Assembly (NCBI GenBank): GCA_963749535.1
Contig: CAVVNF010000018.1
Span: 3,877-67,876 of the forward strand
Origin: an uncultured Thermoleophilia bacterium
Lineage (GTDB): Bacteria; Actinomycetota; Thermoleophilia; RBG-16-64-13
Direction: 5' to 3'
DNA: 64,000 nt
In this document: piece after piece, positions 9,010 through 19,571 of the stretch
Numbering within the stretch: position 1 is the stretch's first letter
How the letters are laid out: every line of letters begins with the position of its first letter
Made by a program: the position numbers and the translations under genes
The notes under the pieces: model-generated
Told to the model about the DNA's origin: nothing
Databases searched by the model: none
The model's input: only the letters and a program-made list of their open reading frames with translations

Positions 9010-10865
9010 CCCTGGCCAAACGCCTCGATGACCTGGAACACAACCTCACCCCCAAGGAGCTCGTCATCAGCTGGATGCGGGAAGCCCACAGCTACCACTC
9101 CTACGTCGGCTACGGCAAGTACCTCCACACCCAGCCCGACGAGGCCTACCCCCTCTTTCGCATGCCCAAGGCCAACGGAGAGGCGACGAGGGCTCGGCTC
9201 AAGGGAAGGACCGAAGCGGAGATCCACGAGGCCATCCGCCGAGGGGAGAAGAATCTCCTCTTCCTCTACCACCTGCACAACCAGGTGAACGAACGCCTGA
9301 TCTTTGAGACGGAGGCGCTCAACCTGCGGGTGGCCCTGCTCTGCGCCCTCCTCTGTGACCTGCTCTTCCAGGTGGAGGTGAGCGACCATTACCTTTGCCT
9401 CTCCCGCCGTCTGCAAGAGGAGTGGGCCTATCCTCTGGATCCGGAGACGGCCCAGGCGGTGTGCCGCCGCGGAGAGCTACGGGGTGGAGACCTGGCGGGA
9501 GGTGGAGGAAGGATACCTAATCCAGGGCTGGCTGGACGAACAACTAAAGCGCGAAGGACATGTCGAGCTGCCCTGGGCGGCCGGTCTCGCCCGGGGAGAC
9601 ATCGCTCCCCGGCCGCGCTTCCGGATTCCCACCCTGGAGGAGATCCGGCCCTGCTTTGCCAACGAAGAGACCTACCAAGCCTTCCTTGGGGCCAGCGACT
9701 ACAACTGCGGCTTCGCCGACGTCACCGATGCGCAGTATGAGGAGCGTGCGGAGGCTCTGGAGGCGGCCCTTAAGAAGTCTGGTCGAAGAAGGCCGGTGGA
9801 GAAGGGCACGGTCCTTCGCCTGGAGAGCGTCCCTCACGAGTTCCTCAAAGACGCTCCCCTTCTTGAGAACGAATGGATCGACCGCCATGTTGTTGCTCTG
9901 GCCGAGTGGGGAGCGCTCCTTGCCCGGCGGGGCTTCCGGCTGGAGCCGGCCAAAGACGACCACATGCTGGCCTATAGCCGCACTCGTGGAGACCAAGACC
10001 GGCCAGGAGGTGGAGACCGGGAGACCCCAGGATCCAGCGCCTGCGGGCCGAGGCGCAAGACCCGCCTGGAAGCCTTCCCGGGGCGGACCCGAACCATCGA
10101 GGGTCGCCCCTATCTGTCGCTCTCCGACTACCTGGCCTGGAAGGGCCGCGGGGTGAAGGGCGATCTTAAGCAGAACATTCAGTCCGGGTTCGTGCGACAG
10201 TCCTTCAACGATTGGGTGGAAAGCCAAGGTACTGGGGCGACACTGGCGGGAGTGTCGGTGGAGGTCATCCACTCCTGGTCGGCAGACTTTCCCCGGGAGG
10301 TGGTCCCGGAGGCGAAGCTTCCCCAGAAGCTCGGAACCCGCCGGGAGCTGCTTGGATGACCTGGGGCGTCACCTCACCTTCCAGGGGATGATCCACCCCG
10401 GGACCGATTCGGCCCTCAGGCACACCGAGCACTTCCGCAAGCACGCCCAGACGTGGCCGGACTTGGCCCGGGAGACCGACGAGACAGGTGCGGGTCTATC
10501 TGGAGGCGGAGAATCTCCTCTCCCGGCGCTACTTCAGCGGTGAGGACATCTACTTTCCCGCCTCGCGTGAGGAACTCTCTTCCCTGCTCGCCTCGGTCAA
10601 GGAGTCGCAGGACCACTACCTGCAGTTTGTGGCCCCGGAGCTTAGCCGGGGGCAGGATGAGAAGACGGACGGAAAGGAAGGCAAGGACGGCCAGGATACC
10701 GAGGAGCTGGCCGAGCAGAGGCTCACGGCGAAACGAGCCAGGGACTATGCCGGCCAGCTCGTGGTCCTGGCCAAGGCCGAAGCCCTCACCGACCTGGGCG
10801 AGAAGAACCAGGGCGTCCGCTTGGTGGAGAGGTGGTTGCGCGAAGAGGCGGGCTGGGACTTCTGA
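9006..10865 (+). CDS. large hypothetical island protein (~620 aa if breaks near 9480, 10350 and 10490 are bridged)
   Basis: Protein-like segments in three ORF-track pieces: MTLAKRLDDLEHNLTPKELVISWMREAHSYHSYVGYGKY..., ...EVEEGYLIQGWLDEQLKREGHVELPW..., ...VYLEAENLLSRRYFSGEDIYFP.... No family recognised. Confidence 0.4.
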
Positions 10866-10872
10866 GACTGCC

Positions 10873-11045
10873 TTACCGGAAGAGTCCGCGCATGAGGGTG
10901 CGACCCAGCAGCTTGCCCACCCCGCGCCTGGCGATCCGACGGGAGACGCGCCCGGTCCGGACCGCTCGGACGTCACCCAGGATGCGGGCGCTGCGGTAGA
11001 GGATCTGCGGACCTTGGGGATGGTGAGACCTTTTCTGCGAGCCAT
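10873..11045 (-). CDS. possible small Arg-rich protein (~57 codons, one frame break)
   Basis: ATG at 11045 lies 7 nt after AAGGAGA. It reads MARRKGLTIPKVRR, then a shift, then ILYRSARILGDVRAVRTGRVSRRIARRGVGKLLGRTLMRGLFR. Confidence 0.3.
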
Positions 11046-11284
11046 GTTGGTATCTCCTTCGGCCTGGCGATCCGACGACTTTGCGCAGCCGCGCACGTCT
11101 CAATCATAGGTCGACCTCCGGACAGACTGGCGAGCATTGAGACTCGGGCAGAAGGCGGCTATCAGCCCGTACCCGCCGACACGATGGCTCGCAGCCCGGC
11201 GCCGGCGGGCCTCCCCCATACCGGATCCGACCTCGGCCTACTCGCTCTAGGCTCGAAGGCCGGCGGAGTCGCGCGTAGGCTTTC

Positions 11285-12837
11285 TTAGTTGATGATCTTG
11301 ACCGGCGTTCCTACATAGACGCGGGTGTACAAGTCCTCGACATGGGGCACCCGCATACGGATGCAGCCGTGAGAGCCATGCGAACCAATCGACAAAGGCC
11401 CCTTGGTCCCGTGGATGCCCACCCGGGGAACGGAGAGCCACATCACCCGAGCCTGGAGAGGATCACTTGGCCCGGGGCCGATCGGCTCGGCGCCGGCGGC
11501 CCAGGACGAGTCGGGCGGATACCAGGTGGGGTCGACCTGCTTGGAAATGATGACGAAGTTGCCGACGGGCGTAGGCCAAGCGGGCTGCCCGACCGCCACC
11601 GTATAGGTCTTCACCAGTTTGCTTCCTTCGTAGAGGGAGAGCTGGCACGTGGCCCGGTCGACCACGATGAGCCCCAGGAGGCCTTGGGCAGTGTCCTTGT
11701 CTAGTCCGGTGGCGACCGCGAGTCCCTGGGCCTGCTCGTAGGCGTTCACTGCTTCTTGTGTGGCCGCGTCAAACACGCCGCTCGGCTTACCTTTGAAGAA
11801 GCCCTTGCTTACGAGAATCTGCTGGAGTAGCGTCACTTCCGCTCCCACCGCCCCGCTCGTGAGATTCGCACTCCCCAAGGTTGCCCCGGTGTTGACCAAG
11901 AAGGATTGGGTGAAGCTAGCCGTGTGACCTCCGGCGTTCGTCATCTGCACCTGGAGCTCATGCTGCCCTTCGGCAAGGCCTGCCGCGGATATCTGGTAGG
12001 ACTGGCCAGGAAGGTTCGAGGTCGCCTGGTCCGCTGCGCTTCCAACGGCGACCAGCGGCACGGGCTCTCCATCAAGGGTGGCCGAGGTGACGAGCTTGTC
12101 GGGGAAGAGATCCTTCACCGTCAGGTCCACCGTGCCTGAAGCCTGCTTCCAGGTGGCTCCCGGCCAGGTGCCGAGACTCACTACCGGACTATCCAATTCG
12201 GCCAGAACTGCCATTGCTTGGTCGAGCTGTTGCCAGCGAGATCAGTGGCCGTGATTCCCAGCTGGTGCGTGCCCTGAGTCACGTTGAGCACCGTCTCCGC
12301 GGACTCCGACTGAACCGTGAGGGGCACTTCCTTCCCGTCGAGCGTGAGCGTCGCCGTCTTGACCGGCTCGTTGAAAGAGGCTAGAACGTGAAAGGTGGCT
12401 CCGCCGACACTGGTCAGGGGAGAAGGCGCGGTGATCGAGATCGGGCGGGACGGTGTCGACCACGAAGCCAGTGGACATCACGATGCGTCGCGAGAAGACA
12501 TCGCTTGAGCTGTAGGTGAGGCTAGCCGTGTGTTGACCGTCCGGGATGGTGAGGTCGGCGGTCACGAGGTCTGACCCCAACGAAAGCTCAGAAGAAGCAA
12601 TCTCGGTGCCGTCGACCAGGAGGGAATCTGCCCCCTTCCTGGCCGGTAGCCGGGGAGCGATGCGGAGAGGACGACCGAATGGGAGACGAGATAGCTGCCG
12701 GAACGCGGGGAAAGAGAACCGAGCGCAACCGCTTGGGCGTGCTCGACCCCGACAAAACCGCCCCCCGCCGCAGCGACAATGAGAACGGCAATCCCCGTCC
12801 ATCCCCACCAGCGCACTTTTCGCAACCGACTGGTCAT
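11285..12837 (-). CDS. L,D-transpeptidase with signal anchor, Ig-like repeats and a PG-binding domain; frame breaks
   Basis: YkuD active site HGTKGPLSIGSHGSHGCIRM. PG-binding-like LLQQILVSKGFFKGKPSGVFDAATQEAVNAYEQ. N-terminal TM segment MTSRLRKVRWWGWTGIAVLIVAAAGG behind GGGAGGAG. Pieces 12837-12562, 12242-13096 and 11285-12214 join by frame changes. Confidence 0.85.
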
Positions 12838-13104
12838 GCCTATCTCCTCCCGGTATCAGGCCCCGCGTGTTCCTTCTGTCGGAGATACCGGTAACCGCAA
12901 TTACCTGCTCTCGCCTGTGGCCGATAACAATAGCAGGAGCAACGCCAAGGGGCGGACCCGGACCATCGCTATGGCAAGATCGTGTGCCCCTGATTTGCGT
13001 GTGACCCAGTTCAAGTCTGAAGTCACGCGTTCCGCTTCTGACCGCCAAGCAATGGATGCTTGGGCCCTCCCCCCAATCGCCATCCTCGTCTCGCATCTGT
13101 CGAG

Positions 13105-15375
13105 TCAGTCCTGGTTGTCAGTAGCCTGCGGCTCCAAGTGGACCTCGCCCGGGATGGGAGCGTTCTTCACATCCCTACTCTCTTCCTTGGCTGATCTCTT
13201 GCGCTTCCGCCATCCGACCAAGCGCCAGATGCCGATGCCCATGAGCACGAGCCAGCCGATAACTTCCAGGATTTGGCCCAGGTCGTTCGCGTTTGTGCGC
13301 CCATAGTAGAGCGTCACGTGGCTCTGCGTGGGGATGACCATCATGAATGAGGGAGACACCAGATACGGACCCTCGGCCCCTTTCACGTGCCAGTTGGGGA
13401 AGTAGGAGATCTTGATCCAGTGCGGCACGCCGATGGCGGTCGTGTCGAAGGTCAGGGTGTCGTCTGTAAGTTGAACGTTGGAGACCACACCGCTGGTCTT
13501 GGTGGGAGTCACTGGCGGTTTCGTTACCTCGCCCGGAGAGACCGACTTGAACTGTTTGAGGGCCGACTGCCCCTGGTCCCAAACCAAAGGAGTGGTGAGG
13601 TCAGCCGGATTCTCGTACCAATTCAAGGCTAAGTCCCGCCAGTTCCCCTGCGGGACGCTCAGGCGAACGGGCTCGTTCTGCATCACCTGCACGTAACCGG
13701 TGGCCCCGGCGATGCGGAAGATGTCGTAGTCGCCGAAGGTGGCGAGAAGGGTAGCCCGCGGATCGGCCTTCACCGCGCTGGTCACCTGGGGGGAGACCGT
13801 CAGCAGGTAAGGGATGTTCATCAGTTGCAGGTGAGTAAGGCCATTAGGAATGTCCAGAGGGGGGTAGCTTATGCCGCTGATGGCGTCGCTGGGCTCCTCG
13901 GACAGCTCCGCTTGATTGATGAAATGGAAGGGAGCGGTAAAGGACGCCTCCATGAGGGTTCCTTCCATGGTCGGCTGGGCGACTCCATCGCCGTTTTCCG
14001 CGTCCAGCTCGGTCCAGTAGGGGATAAGCTCGAAGGCCCTCTCCGTCCCGAAGTCGTTTATCGTCGCGGAGTGCTCCACCATCACTCGGCCTGGGGGCAG
14101 ACTGGCGATGAAGTTGTTGATCTGCTGGTACTGACTATACGTGGACTTGCCTTCATAGCCCGTGTAGTTCCATTTGATCCACGAGGCCGCCGTGCCACTC
14201 GTGAAAACCACGACCAGGCCGAGTGCGATCGCGACTAACGGGACATAGATCCTTCGGGCGGTGATACCTCTCACCCGGAACAGATCGCGGACGACGACCG
14301 TGAATGGACGGATGAGCCACACGGCAGCGTAAGCGGCCCACAAGTAGAGCGAGAACCAGAAGAATGGCATTACCCGGGCGTTCCAGAGGCGCCCGTTAGG
14401 CAGGACGTATATCAACACAAGCGAGACAAAGGTGATCCAAGCCAAGGGGAGGAGGCGCTTGTCTTTCCGCCCCACCGCATAGGCCATGCCAACCAGCCCG
14501 AGCCCGGCCACCGGAAGGAAAGCGGTGGGCAGCAGATCATGCAAAGAGTGGAGCTGGGTCCAGGCCATCTTCGCCGACCACTTAAGGTCGACAAGGAAGG
14601 GTATGCTCCAAAAGGCGGTGAGGGCAAAGCCCACCGCGCCAACACTCATCAGATAGAGCAAGGCGCGCCGGCGCCAGTGCACCAGTAGGAGACCCCACAC
14701 CAGGAACACCAGCACGAACGTGGTCACGATGTGCGAAAGGACGATGACAAGAACGAGCAGGCAGTTGACCACAAACAGCCAGTCGAACTTGGATCCTCGC
14801 TCCATGGCCTTGTGCATGGTCCCCAAGAATAGGAAGCACAGGGAGAAGCTCAGCATGTAGCTGAACTCACCGGCCAGGGTGCTGAGAATGTTCCCGCCGT
14901 AGTATCGAGAAGCTTGAAATAGGAAAAGAAACAGCAGCGCAAATACAGCCGCAAGCACCGGGTACGGGCGCCGGATGCGAAGCAGGCGAGCAAAGGCATA
15001 GGCCACAGCGGGCAGCGCGAAAACGCCCAGGACGGTCACGAGCTTGAACGCGATCTGGTAGGGAATGATCCAGTGAAGGACGGCGATAAGCAGGAAGGGG
15101 AAGGGGAAGTAGAAGGTGAACATGGGCATGCCCGCGTACCAGCCAGGAGCCCAGCCGGTCAACTTGAAGTGCGGGAGCAGATCCTGGATGAGGACCTGCA
15201 TCGGGTAGTGGTAGGCGCCAGTGTCCCCCCCGCCCGTGGTGGTCAGGCTGAAAAGCAGATTGGGCCGGTAGAAGATAAAGAGAACGGCATAGATGGCGAG
15301 AAAGGCGATGAGCGTGGGAAGCCAATCCCAGACGCCTTTGCGACCTACCGAGTCTTCGTAGTCGGAACCCCGCAT
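13105..15375 (-). CDS. large polytopic membrane protein with C-terminal extracytoplasmic domain (GT-C/YfhO-like glycosyltransferase fold suspected)
   Basis: Intact 756-aa ORF behind AAGGAGGGG. About 12 hydrophobic segments in the first ~400 aa, then a soluble domain and a final TM segment. Family assignment is by general architecture only. Confidence 0.6.
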   Translation of the reverse strand: MRGSDYEDSVGRKGVWDWLPTLIAFLAIYAVLFIFYRPNLLFSLTTTGGGDTGAYHYPMQVLIQDLLPHFKLTGWAPGWYAGMPMFTFYFPFPFLLIAVLHWIIPYQIAFKLVTVLGVFALPAVAYAFARLLRIRRPYPVLAAVFALLFLFLFQASRYYGGNILSTLAGEFSYMLSFSLCFLFLGTMHKAMERGSKFDWLFVVNCLLVLVIVLSHIVTTFVLVFLVWGLLLVHWRRRALLYLMSVGAVGFALTAFWSIPFLVDLKWSAKMAWTQLHSLHDLLPTAFLPVAGLGLVGMAYAVGRKDKRLLPLAWITFVSLVLIYVLPNGRLWNARVMPFFWFSLYLWAAYAAVWLIRPFTVVVRDLFRVRGITARRIYVPLVAIALGLVVVFTSGTAASWIKWNYTGYEGKSTYSQYQQINNFIASLPPGRVMVEHSATINDFGTERAFELIPYWTELDAENGDGVAQPTMEGTLMEASFTAPFHFINQAELSEEPSDAISGISYPPLDIPNGLTHLQLMNIPYLLTVSPQVTSAVKADPRATLLATFGDYDIFRIAGATGYVQVMQNEPVRLSVPQGNWRDLALNWYENPADLTTPLVWDQGQSALKQFKSVSPGEVTKPPVTPTKTSGVVSNVQLTDDTLTFDTTAIGVPHWIKISYFPNWHVKGAEGPYLVSPSFMMVIPTQSHVTLYYGRTNANDLGQILEVIGWLVLMGIGIWRLVGWRKRKRSAKEESRDVKNAPIPGEVHLEPQATDNQD

Positions 15376-15669
15376 TCCCCTCCTTCTAGAGCAATACGCG
15401 CCGCAGCGCCAGTCCCCCAGTCATGGGCGATAGGGCGAAGGCTGCAGGAGCGAGGTTTCCCTCATCAACCCAGCCCGGCATGATAAATCGTGCCGCCCCG
15501 ATGGCTCACGACTGTCCAGCGTGTTTCACCTAGCCCCCCCGGGGCCATGGCCTCATGCGCTTTCGCCTCGACCTGGCCTGACGCCGGCCAAGAAGTGCGT
15601 GGGCTGGAAGGGACCTCTTCTTCCCGGCATCAACGGCTCGTCAAATCTTTCTTGTGCTCGAGATATTCG

Positions 15670-16008
15670 TCACGACCGATCTCTCCTCGCGCGTAGCGCT
15701 CCTGCAAGGATTCTCAAGCCCACCGACGCTCCGGCTGATATGCTTGTCTGCTTACTCGCGAGCGGGGCAGCCGGATGGATTTGTTCAGACTGGGGATGCT
15801 GGCGTGCGTGCAGCAGTTCGATCATGACAAGAACCAGCGCTGCCACCACCGCAGCCCAGAGAATAATCAGCAGCACTGTCCACAGGATCCCGAGCTCCCC
15901 CAAGTGGCCGCCCGCATGGAACACGGCGACCCGAAGGACTCCCCCAGGCACCAGCCGGCTTCGAGGAGCAATCGTCCCTGGGGGCAAACTATTCATGCCC
16001 GACTCCAT
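15670..16008 (-). CDS. small membrane protein, hypothetical
   Basis: One strong TM segment, GILWTVLLIILWAAVVAALVLVMIELL. Start uncertain. Confidence 0.35.
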   Translation of the reverse strand: MESGMNSLPPGTIAPRSRLVPGGVLRVAVFHAGGHLGELGILWTVLLIILWAAVVAALVLVMIELLHARQHPQSEQIHPAAPLASKQTSISAGASVGLRILAGALRARRDRS

Positions 16009-16013
16009 TTCTC

Positions 16014-16628
16014 TCACTGGGTGGCGATGAGCCCAATCAGTTCTTCGGCGCCTGAGTATAGGCGGCCCCACGTAAGGTCTTTGTTAACCGGCGACTTCGT
16101 ACGTGGGCCTACCCGTAGACAGCTACCGCGTATCGAGCTGGCGAAGTCGCAGCGCCGGGGCCGAATGAACTCGTCAAGACGCCTGAGGGCCACGAACTTC
16201 CAGGCATCGGGGAGATGGTGAAGGGCGAGTTGGGAGACCGCCCCCGCGAACGGCTCACCCTCATGCTCGTAAGTGAGGAAGCCCGCTTGGCGAAAAGCGA
16301 TGTTCTCGATCCCCTCCTCGCGGGCGCGCTCTTCCGCGTAGGTGAGCATGGCACCGGAGACGTCAAGGGCGATCACCTCACGGCACACCCTGGCGGCCGC
16401 CCGGGCAAAGGAGCCGGTACCAGTGCCTATCTCAAGGACAACGTCATCCGGGGATAATCCGAGAAACTCAAGGATGTGTTGGGCCTCGGCTGAGAGGTCG
16501 CGCAAGGCACCCATGTGTTTATCGTAAGCCCGCACCACGGCCTGACTGGCGTAGTCTGTGCCCCTCTGAACGCTCTCACCCCACTGCCAGAACGGTCCCA
16601 CCACGAGTCTTCCTTCCATCCGGCCCAT
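16014..16628 (-). CDS. class I SAM-dependent methyltransferase
   Basis: Motif I VVLEIGTGTGSFARAAA, followed by VIALDVSGAMLTYAEERA and LALHHLPD. Confidence 0.8.
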   Translation of the reverse strand: MGRMEGRLVVGPFWQWGESVQRGTDYASQAVVRAYDKHMGALRDLSAEAQHILEFLGLSPDDVVLEIGTGTGSFARAAARVCREVIALDVSGAMLTYAEERAREEGIENIAFRQAGFLTYEHEGEPFAGAVSQLALHHLPDAWKFVALRRLDEFIRPRRCDFASSIRGSCLRVGPRTKSPVNKDLTWGRLYSGAEELIGLIATQ

Positions 16629-16767
16629 TTGACCTGATCATACTGGCCTGCCTGGAGTCACCCAGACCTTTCCAGCAGCGTGATGGTACGCTCCACACCC
16701 ATATCTTCCGTCTGGGTAGATCTTGGTCGGGGCAAGGTGGCGGAGGCACTATGCTCGAGCTTCTACG

Positions 16768-16983
16768 TCAGGGCACCCGCACGCGTTTGAGCGCGAAGTC
16801 GTAGTCTCGCACGTCCAGCAACTCGATCTCCAGCTGGTCGCGCAGTTCGGGTAGCTCTCCGGGTCGGGGGTCGAGAAGGGCGTACCCCCAGCTGCTCACC
16901 GGGGCTCGCTCGTCCACGACAACGGCGTTGATCCGGTAGCCTTCCTCGAGGCGCCGCTCAAGAAGCTTGATAACCTCGCTCAT
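16768..16983 (-). CDS. hypothetical small acidic protein (71 aa)
   Basis: ORF MSEVIKLLERRLEEGYRINAVVVDE.... No motif. Confidence 0.3.
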   Translation of the reverse strand: MSEVIKLLERRLEEGYRINAVVVDERAPVSSWGYALLDPRPGELPELRDQLEIELLDVRDYDFALKRVRVP

Positions 16984-17159
16984 TCCAAAACCCCACTTCT
17001 CGCGCAAGAGACAGGCGGCTCCCCGCTCGCCGCTTTCACATGACGCCACATAGGCCAGACTGCACACATATTATCGGCAAGAGAATGGGAAAGTGTTCAG
17101 CTTCTCGACCACGACCCCGGCACCGCTGGCGCTTCGTTGCGGCATTCCCATGTACTTGA

Positions 17160-17477
17160 TCACAGCCGGACCAGCATGTCGATCGCAATGAACAGCACGA
17201 TTAAGCCGACCATAGAATTGAGGTCGATACCAACGGAGCCGATGCGCGCTGCGGGAATCGCCCGGCTGAACAACCGTAGATACGGTTCGGTCGGCCGACT
17301 CACTACCCGAGAAAGGCGAGCAGGCAGACCGTCAGGGCGCAGCCGAAACCAGGACAGCACCGCGCGCCCCACAACCAGCCAGCCATAGATCATGGCCACG
17401 AGGTAAACGACGTAAAGAATGCCGGCCAACCGAAACTCCCTGGAAGAGCCAAAAGAGGACATACCGCACCGAGACAC
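17160..17477 (-). CDS. YggT-family membrane protein
   Basis: GRAVLSWFRLRPDGLPARLSRVVSRPTEPYLRLFSRAIPAARIGSVGIDLNSMVGLIVLFI matches the YggT pattern. Confidence 0.7.
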   Translation of the reverse strand: MSRCGMSSFGSSREFRLAGILYVVYLVAMIYGWLVVGRAVLSWFRLRPDGLPARLSRVVSRPTEPYLRLFSRAIPAARIGSVGIDLNSMVGLIVLFIAIDMLVRL

Positions 17478-17791
17478 CCAGCACCGGCCTCAAGGCTAGC
17501 GTCATGATGCATGGAGCGGTCTGAAGCTTGGCCGCCGGCAGAAGCGCCTTCTGGCGCCTGCGGTAGTCTACCTTCTGCCTGCAGCGAAGCGGAGCCGTCC
17601 GGGGTTTGGGGACCATCCAGCTAATCGAGGACTCGGTTGCGAGGGCGGCACGAGTGTGGGATCGGGCAGGGTCCAGTGTCCTGGCCGTCGCTAGGGTTAT
17701 CATCAAGGCCAGGCACCCGAGGAGCCTCCATTAGCGAAGGACGGCGCTCGTTGAACCTTCTCTTTAGGCAAGGCGTGGACAGAGATCAGTC

Positions 17792-18952
17792 ATGGTGAGA
17801 CGTTCACCCCCGAGCAATTCCGTTCGCCGGCGCCGACGGCACCCAGTAGCGGCCATGGTCGTGGGTGGTCTAGTTGTGCTCGCCATAGTCATCGCCGCAA
17901 TCGCCTCCAGTGCCGGAGGGACCAAGACGACCTCAAACTCGACCGTGGCCAGCGGCACAAGCTCGAGCATCTCCACGGCTACTGCGGCAACTCAAGCGAT
18001 CGCGGGGGACGCGAATAGCGGCGTCGCCGTGACTACCACCGCAACTGCGACGGCCTCCGAGCTTGCGCTGGTGGTGGAGCCCGACGCTGGTTTCACTCCT
18101 CTTTATGCTTTGCTCCGCTCGGCTCGCAAGAGTGTCGACCTCGTCATGTACGAGCTGGAGGACAGCCAAGTCGAGTCCATCTTGGCTCAGGACGAGGCCC
18201 GCGGCGTCAAGGTCCAGGTGCTCTTGGACAAGAGCTATGTCGGTAAATACAACCAGGCGGCCTTCAGTTACCTTCAGGCTCACCAGGTGGCCGTGCGCTG
18301 GGCGCCGTCTCATTTCCAGCTCACCCACGAGAAGGCCATGGTGATCGACGACAAGACAGCCGCGATCATGACCTTGAACTTCACCGCGCAGTACTACTCC
18401 TCGACCCGGGACTTCGCGGTCATCGACACTAACGCCGCGGACGTGGCCGCCATCGAGGCCACGTTCGCCATCGACTGGGCCGGGAGCAGCGTGACCGCGC
18501 CCAAGGGGGCCGATCTGCTCTGGAGCCCGGGCTCCGAACAAGCGCTCCTTGACCTGATCTCCTCCTCCCATCACTCTCTTCTCGTCGAGAACGAGGAGAT
18601 GGGCGACGCCGCGGTGACGGGCGCTCTGGAAGCGGCGGCACGGCACGGAGTCCAGGTCGAGGTGGTGATGACGCGGCAAGCCAGTTGGTCCAAGGCTTTT
18701 GACGCCCTAGTGGCCGCCGGAGTGGCGGTACGGACCTACGCCGCTTCCGCTCCCCTCTACATCCATGCCAAGGCCATCGTGGTGGACCCTGGTTACCCAG
18801 GAGCCGAAGCGTTCCTCGGCTCGCAGAACTTCTCCCTCACCTCCCTGCTGCATAACCGCGAGTTGGGGATCATCACGTCAGACTCGGCCGTGATCACGGC
18901 GGTTGCTTCCGTCCTACAGCAAGACGCGGCCGCCGGGACACCCTGGCGCTGA
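17792..18952 (+). CDS. membrane-anchored or secreted phospholipase D-family protein (two HKD motifs)
   Basis: HKD motifs HEKAMVIDD...TLNF and HAKAIVVD...GSQNFS. N-terminal TM segment plus a Thr/Ser-rich linker. Confidence 0.85.
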   Translation: MVRRSPPSNSVRRRRRHPVAAMVVGGLVVLAIVIAAIASSAGGTKTTSNSTVASGTSSSISTATAATQAIAGDANSGVAVTTTATATASELALVVEPDAGFTPLYALLRSARKSVDLVMYELEDSQVESILAQDEARGVKVQVLLDKSYVGKYNQAAFSYLQAHQVAVRWAPSHFQLTHEKAMVIDDKTAAIMTLNFTAQYYSSTRDFAVIDTNAADVAAIEATFAIDWAGSSVTAPKGADLLWSPGSEQALLDLISSSHHSLLVENEEMGDAAVTGALEAAARHGVQVEVVMTRQASWSKAFDALVAAGVAVRTYAASAPLYIHAKAIVVDPGYPGAEAFLGSQNFSLTSLLHNRELGIITSDSAVITAVASVLQQDAAAGTPWR

Positions 18953-19086
18953 TAGCCCACAAGGCCATGGATTCCGACAGGCGCCCGAGGCAAGAGCTTC
19001 TCACCCGCGCCAGAGGCGCTCAGAGCGGCGCCGGTGGGCTTCGGGAAGGACCTGGGGTCACGTGCGCCTGCGCAGTCGCTGCTCCT

Positions 19087-19115
19087 TTGACAGCGACCGC
19101 GCCTGGTCGTATAGT
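19087..19115 (+). promoter_or_regulatory. near-consensus sigma70 promoter
   Basis: TTGACA (19087-19092), exactly 17 nt, TATAGT (19110-19115). Confidence 0.5.
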
Positions 19116-19166
19116 CTCGGACACATGATGAACGACGCCATCAGGCCGCTTTAGCAAGCGGCCTGC

Positions 19167-19571
19167 TTGCTTACAGAATGGGAACGGCCGGTGAGAGCCG
19201 AGCTAGCCTGCGAGCCTTTCTGCGCCCTGGACGAGAAGAGCGGGATCGTTAAGGTGGCTTTTGCCTTTTGGGCCATCGATCCGGGCGCAGAGCTGGTCGA
19301 ACTTTCCTGGACCGATACTCACCCCCAAGAGAACGGCAAGCGCTTGGGAGGCACCGCCAGAGCAGTGGCCGAACCCGATGGTGTGCCCCTCGCGTTTGTG
19401 GCCGGCATGCCCATTAGCCTGTTTCTGGAGCCGAGAAGGATCAACTTCGAGTTGCGAACCCTCGAGCCCTTGCGCAGCCTGGGCCACGGCAGCGGAACGC
19501 CAGCAGTCGACCCAACCGATGTGGCCGGCACCGTCCGCTTCACGCTTCGCTCCTGGAGCGACCTCACCTAA
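19167..19571 (+). CDS. hypothetical protein (~130 aa; start uncertain, TTG 19167 or GTG 19191)
   Basis: ORF only. Confidence 0.4.
   Translation: MLTEWERPVRAELACEPFCALDEKSGIVKVAFAFWAIDPGAELVELSWTDTHPQENGKRLGGTARAVAEPDGVPLAFVAGMPISLFLEPRRINFELRTLEPLRSLGHGSGTPAVDPTDVAGTVRFTLRSWSDLT

Larger units (their letters stand above)
1966..11100. mobile_element. ~9 kb tyrosine-integrase integrative island (satellite/IME-like); right end not defined
   Basis: The island carries a tRNA fragment, arm repeats, int, XRE, xis-type HTH, primase-helicase, ParB-methylase and unknown cargo. No capsid, terminase or conjugation genes are present. Ordinary chromosomal genes resume at 11285. Confidence 0.6.

Noticed and set aside
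11139-11152. GAGACTCGGGCAGA near the presumed right end of the island resembles GAGACACGGGAATA (1926-1939) left of the tRNA fragment, raising the possibility of direct repeats marking the true island ends.
   Set aside because: Only about 11 of 14 positions match, with no extended identity. That is within chance for GC-rich sequence.
16768-16983. Possible paralogy between the small acidic proteins at 16768-16983 and 43439-43708 (IKL.E..L..GY......VD pattern).
   Set aside because: The similarity is limited to about 8 scattered identities over 20 residues and is not convincing without a statistical alignment.
17538-17755. Possible structured leader or riboswitch (c-di-AMP/ydaO-like) upstream of the PLD gene. 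Elements seen: GGGGACC and CAGCTAATC strings, hairpin CAGAAG-cgc-CTTCTG, and long-range complementarity GGAGCCGTCC (17591-17600) with GGACGGCGCTC (17739-17749).
   Set aside because: The resemblance to the ydaO consensus is partial, and the elements are in the wrong relative spacing. I cannot fold or score it by eye. It would need cmscan against Rfam to be worth reporting.
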